64,000 nt of DNA from Octopus vulgaris (lineage: Eukaryota), in NCBI GenBank assembly GCA_951406725.2, contig OX597822.1:52514001-52578000 (forward strand). Direction: 5' to 3'. Positions 26,007 to 38,970 of the stretch are shown in pieces (the stretch's first letter is position 1; every line of letters begins with the position of its first letter). The notes beneath the pieces are model-generated. The model ran no database searches. It was given only the letters and a program-made list of their open reading frames with translations, and was not told where the DNA came from. A program made the position numbers and the translations under genes.

Positions 26007-27124
26007 ATTATAAATAAATATTACATCATTTTTCCTGTAAATATGGAAGATAACTCCGATGGTTCTGAGTCATTGCTATCAACATAGGCACAAAGCTTCA
26101 GATATGAGAGAAGATATGGTCGATTTTGAACCCCAGTTCCCATTATTTGCTCAATAAAACAAGATCATAAAACATGACCTAGACGCAGCAGGCTTCCCCT
26201 CCCAACTCGAGCTAACTGGGCTGAATAGAAGAGACGGTAAAAGTTCAGCCGCCATGACAGTTTTACCATTCCTCGATGGTAGGTCCCTCATCTGCAATGT
26301 CACATGCTGTGACACCTTCACCAGTAGGAACCTGGTGTGTTCAGCTGCCAGCCAGGCTCCACTGTTCTTCAAGGTGAGAAAAGCAAATTGCCAAAGTATC
26401 AGCCATTCTCATAGGTTTGAGGTCAAGCTTGTAGCAGTGGAGACTTTCAGCATTGTTGATCCCTAACTACATCCCTCCTTACAACTATTAGGGCTGAGAT
26501 GGCTAACCGCTAGTGCAAAGTTCCCTGGGTCAAAGTGGCTGTTCCAGCCTGTCTCCCTCGCTATCCTCCGGCGCAACACCTTTTCCATTTTGTCCTCTGG
26601 GACCATGAGGCGGACTGACAAGGCTTGTGTCTCTTAAATATAATTTGTATTTGCTCAACAATCTACTCCAGAAACAGAAACTTTACGATTTTGTTTTGAA
26701 CTTCGTAAAGAATTATTTATAAAGGGAACTAACTCAAAGATAAGTCTTTATGCAGTTACTTCCCTTGTTGGATTTTAATTTTAAGATTATCTGTACCAAT
26801 ATTGTTTGTTTATGCAGTTGGGACGCAGCGGTTAGTGGACCAATCGACATTTTTGGATATTAGGATGTAGTTTGTTTAGCCGACACCTAGAAACTAGATG
26901 TAAGACCGGTATAATTAAATGAACTACCCAGCGTGTATTAACTGCTTGTACATAAATATTATCGCGTGTATTCATTGAACTATGCCTATATAAATTGTCT
27001 ATCTTAACATTATCTACTAACTGTTGTATCTATTAGATAAAGGTTACATACATGAGCCAAGGAAGATACATCCACCTGTTCGATCAACCTGCTAAAAGTA
27101 GCGGCCAAATTTTCCATTAAATCA

Positions 27125-27505
27125 CACAGCAGGAGTGGCTGTGTGGTAAGTAGCTTGCTTAACAACCACATGATTCCGGGTTCAGTCCCACTGCGTGGCA
27201 TCTTGGGCAAGTGTCTTCTACTATAGGCCTAGGCCGACCAAAGCCTTGTGAGTGGATTTGGTAGACGGAAACTAAAAGAAGCCCATCGTATATATGTATA
27301 TATATGTGTTTGTGTGTTTGTCCCCCTAGCATTGCTTGACAACCGATGCTGGTGTGGTTACGTCCCCGTCACTTAGCGGTTCGGCAAAAGAGACCGATAG
27401 AATAAGTACTGGGCTTACAAAGAATAAGTCCTGGGGTCGATTTGCTCAACTAAAGGCGGTGCTCCAGCATGGCCGCAGTCAAATGACTGAAACAAGTAAG
27501 TAAAG
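27125..27505 (+). mobile_element. SINE family B
   Basis: Family consensus match. Confidence 0.85.
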
Positions 27506-27982
27506 TATTATCTTACAAAAAGAAAAGGCACGTTAACTAGACGCAGTCACAAATATAAATAAAAGATAGGATTTATACCCATTGTTTTAACATTCAACAG
27601 CTACCTTTTGTAGCCATCCAAGTGACGCATACGCACTGATTATATTCAGTAAGCATATATTTAATGTATCTATTCAGACAATACACCTGCACAGTGTGAT
27701 TAACAAGTTTCTATGATCTCGGCCAGAACCGGCCTGAGGTTCAACAAATAACGGAAAAAAAGTAGAATAAAATGAAGTAAATAAAAAAGACTCCAGCTTT
27801 TACTTCCCAACTTTGTAGTTTTGTAATCAGTCCCGTTGCATGGCATCTTGGGCAAGTGTCTTCCATTGCCTTGCGAGTGTATTTGGTTGATGGAAATTTA
27901 AAGAAGCTTTTTGTTTGTGTGCATGTGTATATATATATCTACGTATGTATGTATGTATTATATATATGTATATATATATATC

Positions 27983-28634
27983 GAGATCTCTGGAGATATG
28001 CTGTGACTGCAAAGACCCAGGCTGCTTCCTGCACCGGACCTCACTGAGGCAATGGCAAAGGACCGAGATCTCTGGAGATATGCTGTGACTGCAAAGACCC
28101 GGGCTGCTTCCTGCACCAGTTCCACATAGCCCCTGCCCATTCAAAGTACCTTGGATTCCAGAACATCCCGCTGTGCTTGAGGAGACCTGTTGAGTCAAGT
28201 ACATGAACATCGAAATAAATATCAATGGAAATAGTAGTTGTGATACCTGTGCTGGTAACACATAAAAAGCACCATCCGAATGTGGCCGTTGCCAGCGCCG
28301 CCTCGACTGGCTTCTGTGCCGGTGGCACATAAAAAGCACCATCCGAACGTGGCCAATGCCAGCGCCGCCTTGGCTGGCTTCCGTGCCGGTGGCACGTTAA
28401 AAGCACCAACCGATCGTGGCCGATGCCAGACTCCCCTGGCATCTGTGCCGGTGGCACGTAAAAAGCACCCACTACACTCGCGGAGTGGTTGGCGTTAGGA
28501 AGGGCATCCAGCTGTAGAAACACTGCCAGATCAGACTGGAGCCTGGTACAGCCCCTGGCTTCCCAGACCTCGGTCGAACCGTCCAACCCGTGCTAGCACG
28601 GAAAACGGATGCTAAACGATGATGATGATGATGA
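27983..28634 (+). mobile_element. RTE 3' fragment (family A) with internal duplication
   Basis: RDLWRYAV end-of-ORF motif duplicated; (GAT)n tail. Confidence 0.8.
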
Positions 28635-28812
28635 TATATATATATATATATATATATAGGGAGAGTTTACGAAAAAAACAAAAGACAAAGACAGGTGGTG
28701 TACAAAACAAACAGATGTATTAGTATAATGCCCAGGAATAGAAAAAGTCTTTTATGTTTCAAGCCTACACTTTTCTACAGAAAGGGACACAGAAAAAACA
28801 AGGAGAGAAACC

Positions 28813-28847
<35 letters not shown>

Positions 28848-29870
28848 TCTGGGAAGAGTCATGTTGTCTTAATGGGTTGTTATCTAACACACTCACCAGT
28901 GTGTTAGATAACAACTTTCTATGCTTTTCTTGTTAAATATCTGTATCCAATTCCAGGTAAGCATTATAATAACTGCTGTTTCTTTCATACTGGTCTCAAA
29001 TTTTGTCACAAGTCTAGCAAGTTTTGGGAAGGGGTTGAATTGATTACCTTGACCCCAGTACTCAATTGGCACTTATTTTATCAACTCCAAAAGGATGAAA
29101 CGCAAAGTCAACCTTGGCAGAATTTGAATTCAGAATGTAAGGATGGACAAAATGCCTATAAGCATTTTTCCTGGCATGCCAACAACTCTGCCAGCTTGCC
29201 ACCTTCTGTTTCTTTTATATTAGCACCTAAATTTCATTCTGGATTGTTTAAGCTCACATCACTAAGCTTTATTTTGCCACTAAAGTCATCATATCATTTT
29301 ACATGTGCTTTCCATTGCAGTATAGGCTGGATATTTTGACAGGACCGAACAGATTGGGGAACTATGTCTTGCTTGGTGCTCCAGCATGGCTGCAGTCTAG
29401 TGACTGAAACAAGTAAAAAGATAAAAGATAAATTCTTCAGTTGGCTACCTTTCGTAATGTCAGCCACTTTACAAAATGTACTGGTGCTTTTTTTATGGTA
29501 CCAACACTAATGAGATTATTGCCCTGTAAGTCTGAAGAGCCTCTTCATTTGAGAGGGAGGATTAGAGATAAGGTGGTTGCTTTGTGTGACATGTTAAGAG
29601 GTTAAAGTATGATGGGGATGGGGGCTGGAAAAGGTTTACTGCTTGGGGAGAAGGTTCGTGGCTACTTTACATATTATATAGGTGGATAAGGGTAACTGGA
29701 ATCAGGCTCAAACAGAGGTGAATACAGTGAGGATGAGGTGGCAGAATGTACTCACATGGTAACATGTCTAAGAGAATGTGGATAGAGAAGAATCAGGAAA
29801 AGTGGTGAATAAAGATGTATGATTGTGGGAAGAGAGTGACATGGATGTAAACATGGGGTGGCGGAGATAA

Positions 29871-29910
<40 letters not shown>

Positions 29911-30137
29911 TCTTTTACTTGTTTCAGCCATTAGGCTGTGGCCATGCTGTAGCAACCACCTCGAAGAATATTGAGTCAAATGAATCAACCCTAGTACTCT
30001 TTTTTTAAAGCCTAGTACTTATTCTATTAATCTCTTTTGCTGAACCACTAAGTTACAGGGACATAAACACACCCAAGACCAGTTGTCAAGTGGTGGTGAG
30101 AGACAAACACAGATACAGAGACACACACAAACTCTAT

Positions 30138-30187
<50 letters not shown>

Positions 30188-31272
30188 CCTCATCATCATA
30201 GTTCAACGTCCGCTTTCCATGCTGGCATGTGTTGGACAGTTCTGCCGGGGTCTGGAAAGCCAGGAGGCTGCACTAAGCTCCAGTCTGATCTGGCAGTGTT
30301 TCTACAGCTGGATGCCCTTCCTAATGCCAACCATTCTGAGAGTGTAGTGAGTGCTTTTTACATGCCACCAGCACAGGGGCCAGTGGGGCCTGGCATTGCC
30401 ACGTTTGGATGGTGCCTTTACATGCCACCGGCACAGGAGCCAATCAAGGCAGTGCCGGCATCAGCCACGTTCGGATGGTGCCTTTTGTGTACCATCAGCA
30501 CAGGAGCAAGTCAGGGTGAAGGGGGCTAACATCAACCAATATATATATATACATACATACATGCATACATACATACATACATATGTGTAGTAGATAAACA
30601 GCTGACAACTGATGAAAGGTCGTTCTTTATGTTACTTGTTTTGTTTTCCATTTGTCTTTCAGTTTTTGTTCTTCCAAATCCACTCACTAGGCTTTGGTTG
30701 GCCCGAGGCTATACTAGAAGACATTTACTCAAAATGCCACGCAATGGGACTGTACCCGAAACTATGTGGTTGGGGAGAAAGCTTCTTACCACACAACCAC
30801 ACCTAACTTGTGTGTGTGTGTGTGTGTAGGAGATGAATGAAGCAAATGGTGAACAGAGGTTAAGTGGTAAATATGAATGGGTGATAATAAAAATGAGAGA
30901 TGGATGCTGATTGGTGGTTGCACAGAGGAGAGGGAGTGGTGATTAGCTATACAGAAATGGTGATGTGGTACAGTATGTAATAACAGGCCCTGTTTTCAAT
31001 TCAAACACCTCAGAATAATACAGTAGATAGGAGCTTGATGGAGAGTGGTTGTATGGTGAGGAATGGGGTTAAAGGTTGCAGGTGGGGAGTAGGGTGAAAG
31101 ATGTATGTCTGTATGTCTCTTCTATTTTTAATCATTTAAATTCTTCCTCTGAAGGAGCTGGTTTCCAACAAAGATATAAACTTCTATCTTTGGAATGTAG
31201 ATAATGAAAACAATGTCACATTTTAAACCTGAGAAAAGTCTTGCCTAGTTTTACTGTTCTGCTTACAGACTG

Positions 31273-31704
31273 GGATCTTTTCGGTTTGAACGGCAGTTTT
31301 TTCTAGCGGTGTCATATGAAATTGTCACCCATAATTATGACCCTAGAATCGATCTATTGCATTTCAATTTCTTTTAGGGTTAGAGTTAGTTAGGGTTAGG
31401 GTTAGGAGTGGGGGGAAGGGTATCTTTTTTTCTTCACAAATGTAAATAAACCCAATCTGTTTCTTAAACGAGGGACATATTCATACGGCACAGAATGCTT
31501 TTTAACTCAATGGACGTCATCGATTGGTTGAAATTGCAGAAATTGAAGAAAAAAACAGCAAATATATTACAAACTATAGAATTTTCTCAATAAAGCCAAG
31601 AGAAAAAGATGTTTTATAAACACGTTCTACCAGTATACGAAGTTTAAAATTTTTTAGTTACCTAGAAATTATGTTAAAAACTGCTGTTCAAGCCGAAAAG
31701 ATCC
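31273..31704. mobile_element. MITE with ~29-bp TIRs, 8-bp TSD and internal TTAGGG repeats
   Basis: TIR GGATCTTTTCGGTTTGAACGGCAGTTTTT; TSD ACAGACTG at 31265-31272 and 31705-31712. Confidence 0.85.
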
Positions 31705-31874
31705 ACAGACTGTATTGTAATATCAGCTGATTGAAATGTTTCTTTTTCTGAAAATCCAAGCTTATGCAGACTGGCAGTTAAGCATGTACTTACAAAACCA
31801 AGTACTCCAATTATTATTTGGTAAAAATGTAATCCAGATATAGAAGCTGGAGGTTTCAAAACAGTTGTCTATGA

Positions 31875-32690
31875 TTACTCTCTTTTACTCTTTTACTTGT
31901 TTCAGTCATTTGACTGCAGCCATGCTGGAGCACCGCCTTTAGTCGAGCAAATCGACCCCAGGACTTATTCTTTGTAAGCCCAGTACTTATTCTATCAGTC
32001 TCTTTTGCTGAACTGCTAAGTTACAGGGACATGAACACATCAGCATCAGTTGTCAAGCGATGTTGGGGGGACAAACACAGACGCACAAACGCACACACAT
32101 ATATATATACATATACATATATACGACGGGCTTCTTTCAGTTTCCATCTACCAAATCCACTCACAAGGCTTTGGTCGGCCCGAGGCTATAGTAGAAGACA
32201 CTTACCCAAGGTGCCACGCAGTGGGACTGAACCCCGGAACCATGTTGCTGGTAAGCAAGCTACTTACCACACAGCCACTCTCTTTCTCTTTCTCTTTTAC
32301 TTGTTTCAGTCATTTGACTGTGGCCATGCTGGAGAACCGCCTTTAATCGAGCAACTCGACCCCAGGACTTATTCTTTTGTAAACCCAGTACTTATTCTAT
32401 CGGTCTCTTTTGCCGAACCGCTAAGTGACGGGAACATAAACACACCAGCATCGGTTGTCAAGCAATGCTAGGGGGACAAACACAGACACACAAACACACA
32501 CATACATATATATATATATATACATATATACGACAGGCTTCTTTCAGTTTCCGTCTACCAAATCCACTCGCAAGGCATTGGTCGGCCTGGGGCTATAGCA
32601 GAAGACACTTGGCCAAGATGCCACGCAGTGGGACTGAAACAGGAACCATGTGGTTGGTAAGCAAGCTACTTACCACACAGCCACTCCTGC
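31875..32690 (-). mobile_element. Two tandem SINE family B copies
   Basis: Family consensus match twice. Confidence 0.85.
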
Positions 32691-32989
32691 ATCATTATCT
32701 TCTTTTTCTTTGATTTTCAAAGAGTTATTTACATCAGCAGGACAGCTGACCTCTATGATGGTACATACTTTTTCTTGCCTATCCCATACAACAATATCCA
32801 CCATGTCATGCTTACACTTAACAGATGTACTGGTGGGAAGTATTCCTTGTGCTGGTATTTATATACATATTCAATAACAGGGGGTGGGGGCTCTATATTT
32901 ATTCCAGAATAGTAATTTTTATGAAATGGCATTGTATGTTATCTTTAAAACATCATATCACTTAGGGAGGTAGTACCTTAATGACATTT

Positions 32990-33410
32990 TTGGGCAGCTG
33001 CTAATCACAAGAATATGACATAATCTACATTTACAGTTGCATCTTGAAACTTCAAGAGTTTCACTGTCTCTTATGTTGATTAGATATTTGGCAGCAATAT
33101 CCTGTTCTTGGATTGCAAATGCATAGCCTTCAAAGTGTAATGTGATGTAGTGGTCGTGAGTCGAAGAGCGGCTTCACTTCATGCCAATGTTACTATCTTC
33201 TTCAAGAGAGATAGTGAGACCATTTATGCACAGGTTTTGTGTCTGGGAGACTGATTTCTTCTGCCCAAATTCCATTCTTATATCAGCTGAAAATGTTATT
33301 AATTCCAATTGTTTTTTGAAATTGTTAACATTTTTAGCATAAATCTTGAGGTCATCCATAAAGAAATTATTGGTTACATTAATATCTCTTATAATTTCAG
33401 ACTCTAGCAT
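32990..33410 (-). mobile_element. R4/Dong-like non-LTR RT fragment
   Basis: FMDDLKIYAK, FS.DI.MEFG and AIQEQ motifs. Confidence 0.65.
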
Positions 33411-33861
33411 GTAGCCATTTTTTTTTGGGGGGGGATGTAGCTGGAATCATCATCATCATCATCATCGTTTAACGTCCGTTCTCCATGCTAGCATGGGTTG
33501 GATGGTTCGACCGGGGATCTGGGAAGCCAGAAGGCTGCACCAGGCTCCAGTCTTATCTGGCAATGTTTCTACAGCTGGATGCCCTTTCTAACGCCAACCA
33601 CTCCGTGAGTGTAGTGGGTGCTTTTTACGTGCCACCTGCACAGGTGCTAGGCGAGGCTGGCAACGGCCACGGTCGGATTGGTGTATTTTATGTGCCACCG
33701 GCACGGAAGCCAGTCGAGGCGGCGCTGGCATCGGCCACGAGTCGGATAGTGCTTTTTACGTACCACCAGACCAGGGATCCTGGCTGGTTCAATTCGATTT
33801 CGATTTCGATTTCGCTTGCCCCAACATGTCTTGGAAAATGATGTATGTATGTATGTATGTC

Positions 33862-34400
33862 AGGTCACTTTCGAGTGCTACTGGTAACATGTAACCCAGT
33901 ACAACCTGTTGCATGGTCGGGTCGTCGGCAACTAAACCAGCAACTGTTTGTTGGACACCCTGCGGGATGAATAACAAAACCCGTCAAAGGGCGGAGGAAC
34001 TCAAGAGAGTCAACGGCCATCCAATAAATGTCTTACGGCTGTATCATGCGCGGGGACATAGAAATAATCGGACTGAATACCCGATCGTACAGTTAAACCA
34101 TTGGGAGTGAAGGACTCCTAGCCTTTGTTAGGGCATCCTTCTCGGAGAAGGCAGCTCAGGTAACTGGGGTAACTCTGACATTAAACCTGCGGCTCTGTGG
34201 TTACCGATGTTGTTGACTTGTTCTTCTTTTCGGATTATGGCTGCTGTTGCTTAGTGAGTGGGATTGACTCAGTGCGCAGCCTTTCCTCACTTTAAAATAA
34301 AATCTTCTTGCACAGGCATTGCACGATAACAACATTGATTAAGCTTCGTGCAATGGCCATACTCAGTAACGAGGGGGCAGCCACCATGTATGTATGTATG
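33862..34400 (+). mobile_element. Non-autonomous retroelement-like insert with (ATGT)n tail
   Basis: GC-rich island between (ATGT)n tracts; its 3' end recurs at 42120-42200. Confidence 0.5.
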
Positions 34401-34480
34401 TCATTATTCAGTTTCATCTCAGGATTTCTTGCTAATAGAGAAAGAGCCAGTTTCTAACCTAGATCCAAGGCATGAATGTA

Positions 34481-34513
<33 letters not shown>

Positions 34514-34774
34514 ATGTATGTATGAATGTAGAATGTGGAGCGAGGGGAAAGAGAGAATAAGATCTGTTGTGTGTGATTGATGTGACTGAGTCAAATAAAA
34601 ACATGGCTGTGAGAATTTAAAGGTGAAATGTTTGAAATTTTACCCTCACCCAACCACACTGCCTTTTTTTAAAGAATGATAAGATATTCTATTGATGCAA
34701 GAAACGTGTATGTGTGTGCTCAGGCACATGAAAGACCTATTTAATTTCATATTCTATTCTATTTCTATATCCAG

Positions 34775-34845
34775 GTAAAGGTCTTCAACAAAATATTAAT
34801 CTAGAAAATTTGAATTTATCTGCAAATAAAATCACTTTCCTAAAG
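34775..34845 (+). CDS. LRRC9: LRRC9 exon 5 (GKGLQQNINLENLNLSANKITFLK)
   Basis: ccag / gtttgt; phase 1 start matches exon 4 across a 17-kb intron. Confidence 0.9.
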
Positions 34846-34975
34846 GTTTGTAATTATTGTTGATTACCAAGTTCTAATTTCCAGAAGTCTGTCTTCTATT
34901 TCTTCTTGATTTTCTTTTCTTTTTATTTATGTATTTTATTTTATTCAATTTCTTACTAATATAATTATAAACATA

Positions 34976-35369
34976 CTAGTAGTATCGCCCGGCATTGCTC
35001 AGGTTTGTTTCGACCCTTTAGAATTGGAATTTTTGAAAAGTAAAAATTTTGCATTATGCAACTTGTTATTCTTTTTAAGTGAACATTTTTCTGGTTGAAA
35101 TACACCAAAAAATGGCGACACAGCAGTCAAAAAATCGTAAAAAATAGGGATTTTCATAGAAAAAAAGCACCTTTTTGATGTAAATAATTTTTGGTGTTAA
35201 CATGGTCCAATTTGAATTTTTTCTTCTACGGAAGGAAGAGCAAGCCTTCTTCTATCATACTCTCAATTTTGGACACCTTGCACCACAGGGTCTCGGAGGA
35301 GATAGTGTTAGTTGAAGGCTACCAAACCTACCATACACAGACAACTTCAGTTTTATATATAGAGAGAGA
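34976..35369 (-). mobile_element. Non-autonomous Helitron (family H1)
   Basis: Same termini as 448-750 with a different interior. Confidence 0.72.
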
Positions 35370-35687
35370 TTAAGAAGGGCTGTGAAATCTCTTCCCCACT
35401 AATCTTTAATATGGGATGGTTTAGTATGACTTGCAGCCAAAAAAAAGGCTATCCAAGCGAATGGCATGAAGTTGCTCACCAATATGCTCCAACCTTCCAT
35501 CCACAGTTGTGTTTTCTTCTCCCTTTACCTTTTATACCAACTACTAAAGTGACTTCTGCTTCTTGGAGCTGGCTGAGTAGTTCTAGGTTCTAATCTTATC
35601 CAGGCTAGATTTGTCTTTCATCATTTTGGGGTCGTAACATTAAGTACCTCTTGAGTTTCAGGCTATGTACCTTTGTTAGAAACAATT

Positions 35688-36615
35688 ATCATCATCATCA
35701 TCATCATTTAACGTCCATTTGCTATGCTGGCATGGGTTGGATGGTTCAACTGGGGTTTGGGAAGCCAGGAGGCTGCACCATGCCCCAGTGTGATTTGGCA
35801 GTGTTTCTACAGCTGGATGCCCTTCCTAACACCAACCACTCCAAGAGTGGACTGGGTGCTTTTCATGTGCCACCAGCATAGGGGCCAGGGGAGCTGGCAT
35901 CATCCACAATCGGATGGTGCTTTTTATGTGCCCCTGGCACGGAAGCCAGTCAAGGCGGCACTGGCATCAGCCATGTTTGAATAGTGCTTTTTATATGCCA
36001 CCGGCATGGGGGTCATAACTACAATTTCCATTCAATTGTAATTTGATTTGATTTTGATATTGATGTTGAAGCACTTGACTCGATAGGTCTCCTCAAGCAT
36101 GGCATGTCATCTTACGATCCAAGGTACTTTTGAGTGGGCTGGTTATGTGACGCTGGTGTGGTTACAGCTGTGGACTCACTTTATTTGCCAGGTCTTCTCA
36201 GTCACAACATACCTCCAGAGGTCTCGGTTTTTTGTCATTGCCTCTGTGAGGCCCACCATTCGAAGGTCATGCTCCACCACCTCATCCCATGTCTTCTTGG
36301 GTCTCCTTCTACCCTGGATTCCTTCCACTGTTTGGGAGTGGTACTTCTTCACACAGCTTTCCTCGTCCATCCGCAGTACATACATGACCATACCAATGCA
36401 AAGTCTCTCTTACGCGCCACATCCGATGCTTTTTATGTCTAACTGTTCTCTCACGGTGCTTACACTCTGTCGTATATGCACACTGACATTACGCATCCAG
36501 TGGATCATGCTAGCTTCATTTCTTTCGAGCCTGCGCATGTCTTCAGCAGTCATGGCCCATGTTTCACATCATACAATCTACCTTTCACTCTGAGCAAGAG
36601 GCCTTTAGTCACCAG
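35688..36615 (-). mobile_element. 5'-truncated RTE LINE (family A source)
   Basis: VLRMDE..CVKK..VEG..GRRRPKKTWDEVV..DL..NRDLWR, followed by the family A 3'UTR and (GAT)n. Confidence 0.88.
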
Positions 36616-37029
36616 TAGGGAATGAAGCTTTCGATTAGCCATAGAGGTCCTCCTGTATCAGGAGAATCCCATCACTATCACTTTTTCTTCTAGTGCCATA
36701 TACTTTGTATACATCCCTTCTTTTAATGTATACTGTATATGCTTTTTTTTTTTCACATTATATGTAAACCCCTACACTTTATGTCTGTCTTTGTATTGTC
36801 CCTCTTTATCCGTCACCCTGGTGGCAAATAAAAGAAATCATTATTATTTTTATTATTATTATGTTTTTTCCTTCTTTCTTCAAATTTTCTTCCGTTTCTC
36901 GCCGAGTGTTTTCCATACACCTAGGGCAGAGAAGCTCATTGTATGCATTCCCCAGATTACACACGCAAATTCACAGATAAAATATGTATTTAAAAATTAA
37001 TAAATAAATAAATTCATGGATGGATGTTG

Positions 37030-37376
37030 TTTTCACAGCGATAATGCTCTTCTCAGTACATGAGCCTTTCCAGTTAATTTTTGCACTTCCTGTAGCCTGG
37101 AATCATTTTCAAATTGGTTTCAGTACCTTTTTTTTATCATTCCTAGAGATCCTACAATCACTGGTACTGTAGTCGCCTTGAGATGCCACATTTTTTCAAT
37201 TTCTATTAGCAGGTCTTTATATTTACTAATCTTGTCAAATTCTTTTGCCGCTATATTGTGATCGCAAGGGATACTCATGTCAATTAATAAACACATCTTT
37301 TTTGTCTGATCTTTTATAATAATATCCGTTTATTAGCTTTTATGGTCTTGTCGGTCTGTACGGGGAAGTCCCATAT
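37030..37376 (-). mobile_element. R4/Dong-like restriction-like endonuclease fragment
   Basis: WDFPVQTD...DIII.D...CLLIDMSIP.D....KE..KISKYKDL..E...PVIVGSLG. Confidence 0.75.
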
Positions 37377-37593
37377 TATTATTATTATTATTATTAAAGC
37401 TGCAATCTGACTGAATCATTAGCATGCTGGACAAAGTATGTAGTGCCATGTTCAAATTCCATAAAGGTCTACCTTGCCTTTCATCCTTTCAGGATTGATA
37501 AAATAAGTACCAGTTGATCAGTGGGGGGCCAATGTTATCGACTAGTCCCCTCTCCCTCCCTAAAATTGCTGGCCTTGGGCCAAAATTTGAAAC

Positions 37594-37654
<61 letters not shown>

Positions 37655-37895
37655 TAGTTTTCTTTTTATAACGTGCTTTCACTGCACTACCAAGCACAGC
37701 TCTGTGTGCCTTGGGTATGTGCTATGGTTTGGTTTGATGCTCTTATGGTTACTGTATTGAAAGTGTTTTGCATAGGATGCGTGCAGTGCCAAGTAGCGCA
37801 ATTTTCTGTATGTTATATATATTTGTAAGTCCTGGTGTTTTTGTTATGTATTTGTCTGAATATTATTATAGCCCCCTGTGAGCAATAAAGAAATA

Positions 37896-37935
<40 letters not shown>

Positions 37936-37971
37936 CATCATAATTATTAATGAAAAGTCTCTTTGTTTCAG

Positions 37972-38154
37972 GACCTGTCACCCTTATGTCAGCTACCACA
38001 GTTAGAAAATTTATCTCTGAAAGATCCCAATTACTCGCCAAGCCCTGTGTCATTGTTGTGGAATTATTCAATCTTTGTCATATATCGAATCGCGCACCTT
38101 CAAACTCTTGACACTTACAATGTGGCGGCACCAGATATTGTGCAGGCTGTAGAG
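37972..38154 (+). CDS. LRRC9: LRRC9 exon 6 (DLSPLCQL...VQAVE), LRR cap
   Basis: tttcag / gtttga; LSLKDPNYSPSPVSLLWNY..LQTLD motif. Confidence 0.93.
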
Positions 38155-38317
38155 GTTTGACATTCATCTTTATACTTATTGGGTGTAGTTGTGCCAAAGA
38201 ATTGCAATCTATGAGAGAGAGAGAGAGAAAGAATGAGAGAAAGATTCACTGCCAGACATTTTGGGGAAAGAAACACAAATACACACTTGCAAACATTCAC
38301 AGTCAAACAGATATAAA

Positions 38318-38970
38318 CAGGCATAGGAGTGAGTGTGTGGTAAGTAGCTTGCTTACCAACCACATGGTCCCAGGTTCAGTCCCACTGCATGGCACCTTGG
38401 GCAAGTGTCTTCTACTATAGCTTCGGGCCGACCAAAACCTTGTGAGTGGATTTGGTAAACGGAAACTGAAAGAAGCCCATCGTATATATGTATGTGTGTG
38501 TATATGTTTGTGTGTCTGTGTTTGTTCCCCCAACATCGCTTAACAACCAATGCTGGTGTGTTTACGTCTCCGTAAATTAGTGGTTTGGCAAAAGAGACCG
38601 ATAGAATAAGTGCTAGGCTTACAAAGAATAAGTCCTGAGGTCGATTTGCTCGACTAAAAAGGTGGTGCTCCAGCATGGCCGCAGTCAAATGACTGAAACA
38701 AGTAAAAGAGATATATTGGCACATAAAAAGCACCATTTGAGTGTGGCTGTTGCCAGAACCGCCTGACTGGCCCTCATGCCAGTGGCACGTAAAAGCACCC
38801 ACTGCACTCTCGGAATGGTTGGCGTTAGGAAGGGCATCAAGCTGTAGAAACTCTGCCAGATCATATTGGAATCTGGTGCAGCCATCTGGTTCGCCAGACC
38901 TCAGTCAAATCATCCAACCCATGCCAGCATGGAAAGCGGACGTTAAACGATGATGATGATGATGATGATA
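38318..38970 (+). mobile_element. SINE B followed by RTE 3' end
   Basis: Family consensus matches. Confidence 0.8.

Noticed and set aside
28240-28470. ~60-bp repeats with GGTGGCACGTAAAAAGCACC resembling a CRISPR array
   Set aside because: Internal tandem sub-repeats of the RTE 3'UTR; the spacers are related to each other; eukaryotic context with no cas genes
30619-30650. CTGATGA hammerhead half-core (also near 48500 on the minus strand)
   Set aside because: No properly placed GAAA or closing stems
17814-34774. Possible nested host gene in the 17-kb intron
   Set aside because: All recognisable coding signal is transposon-derived and decayed
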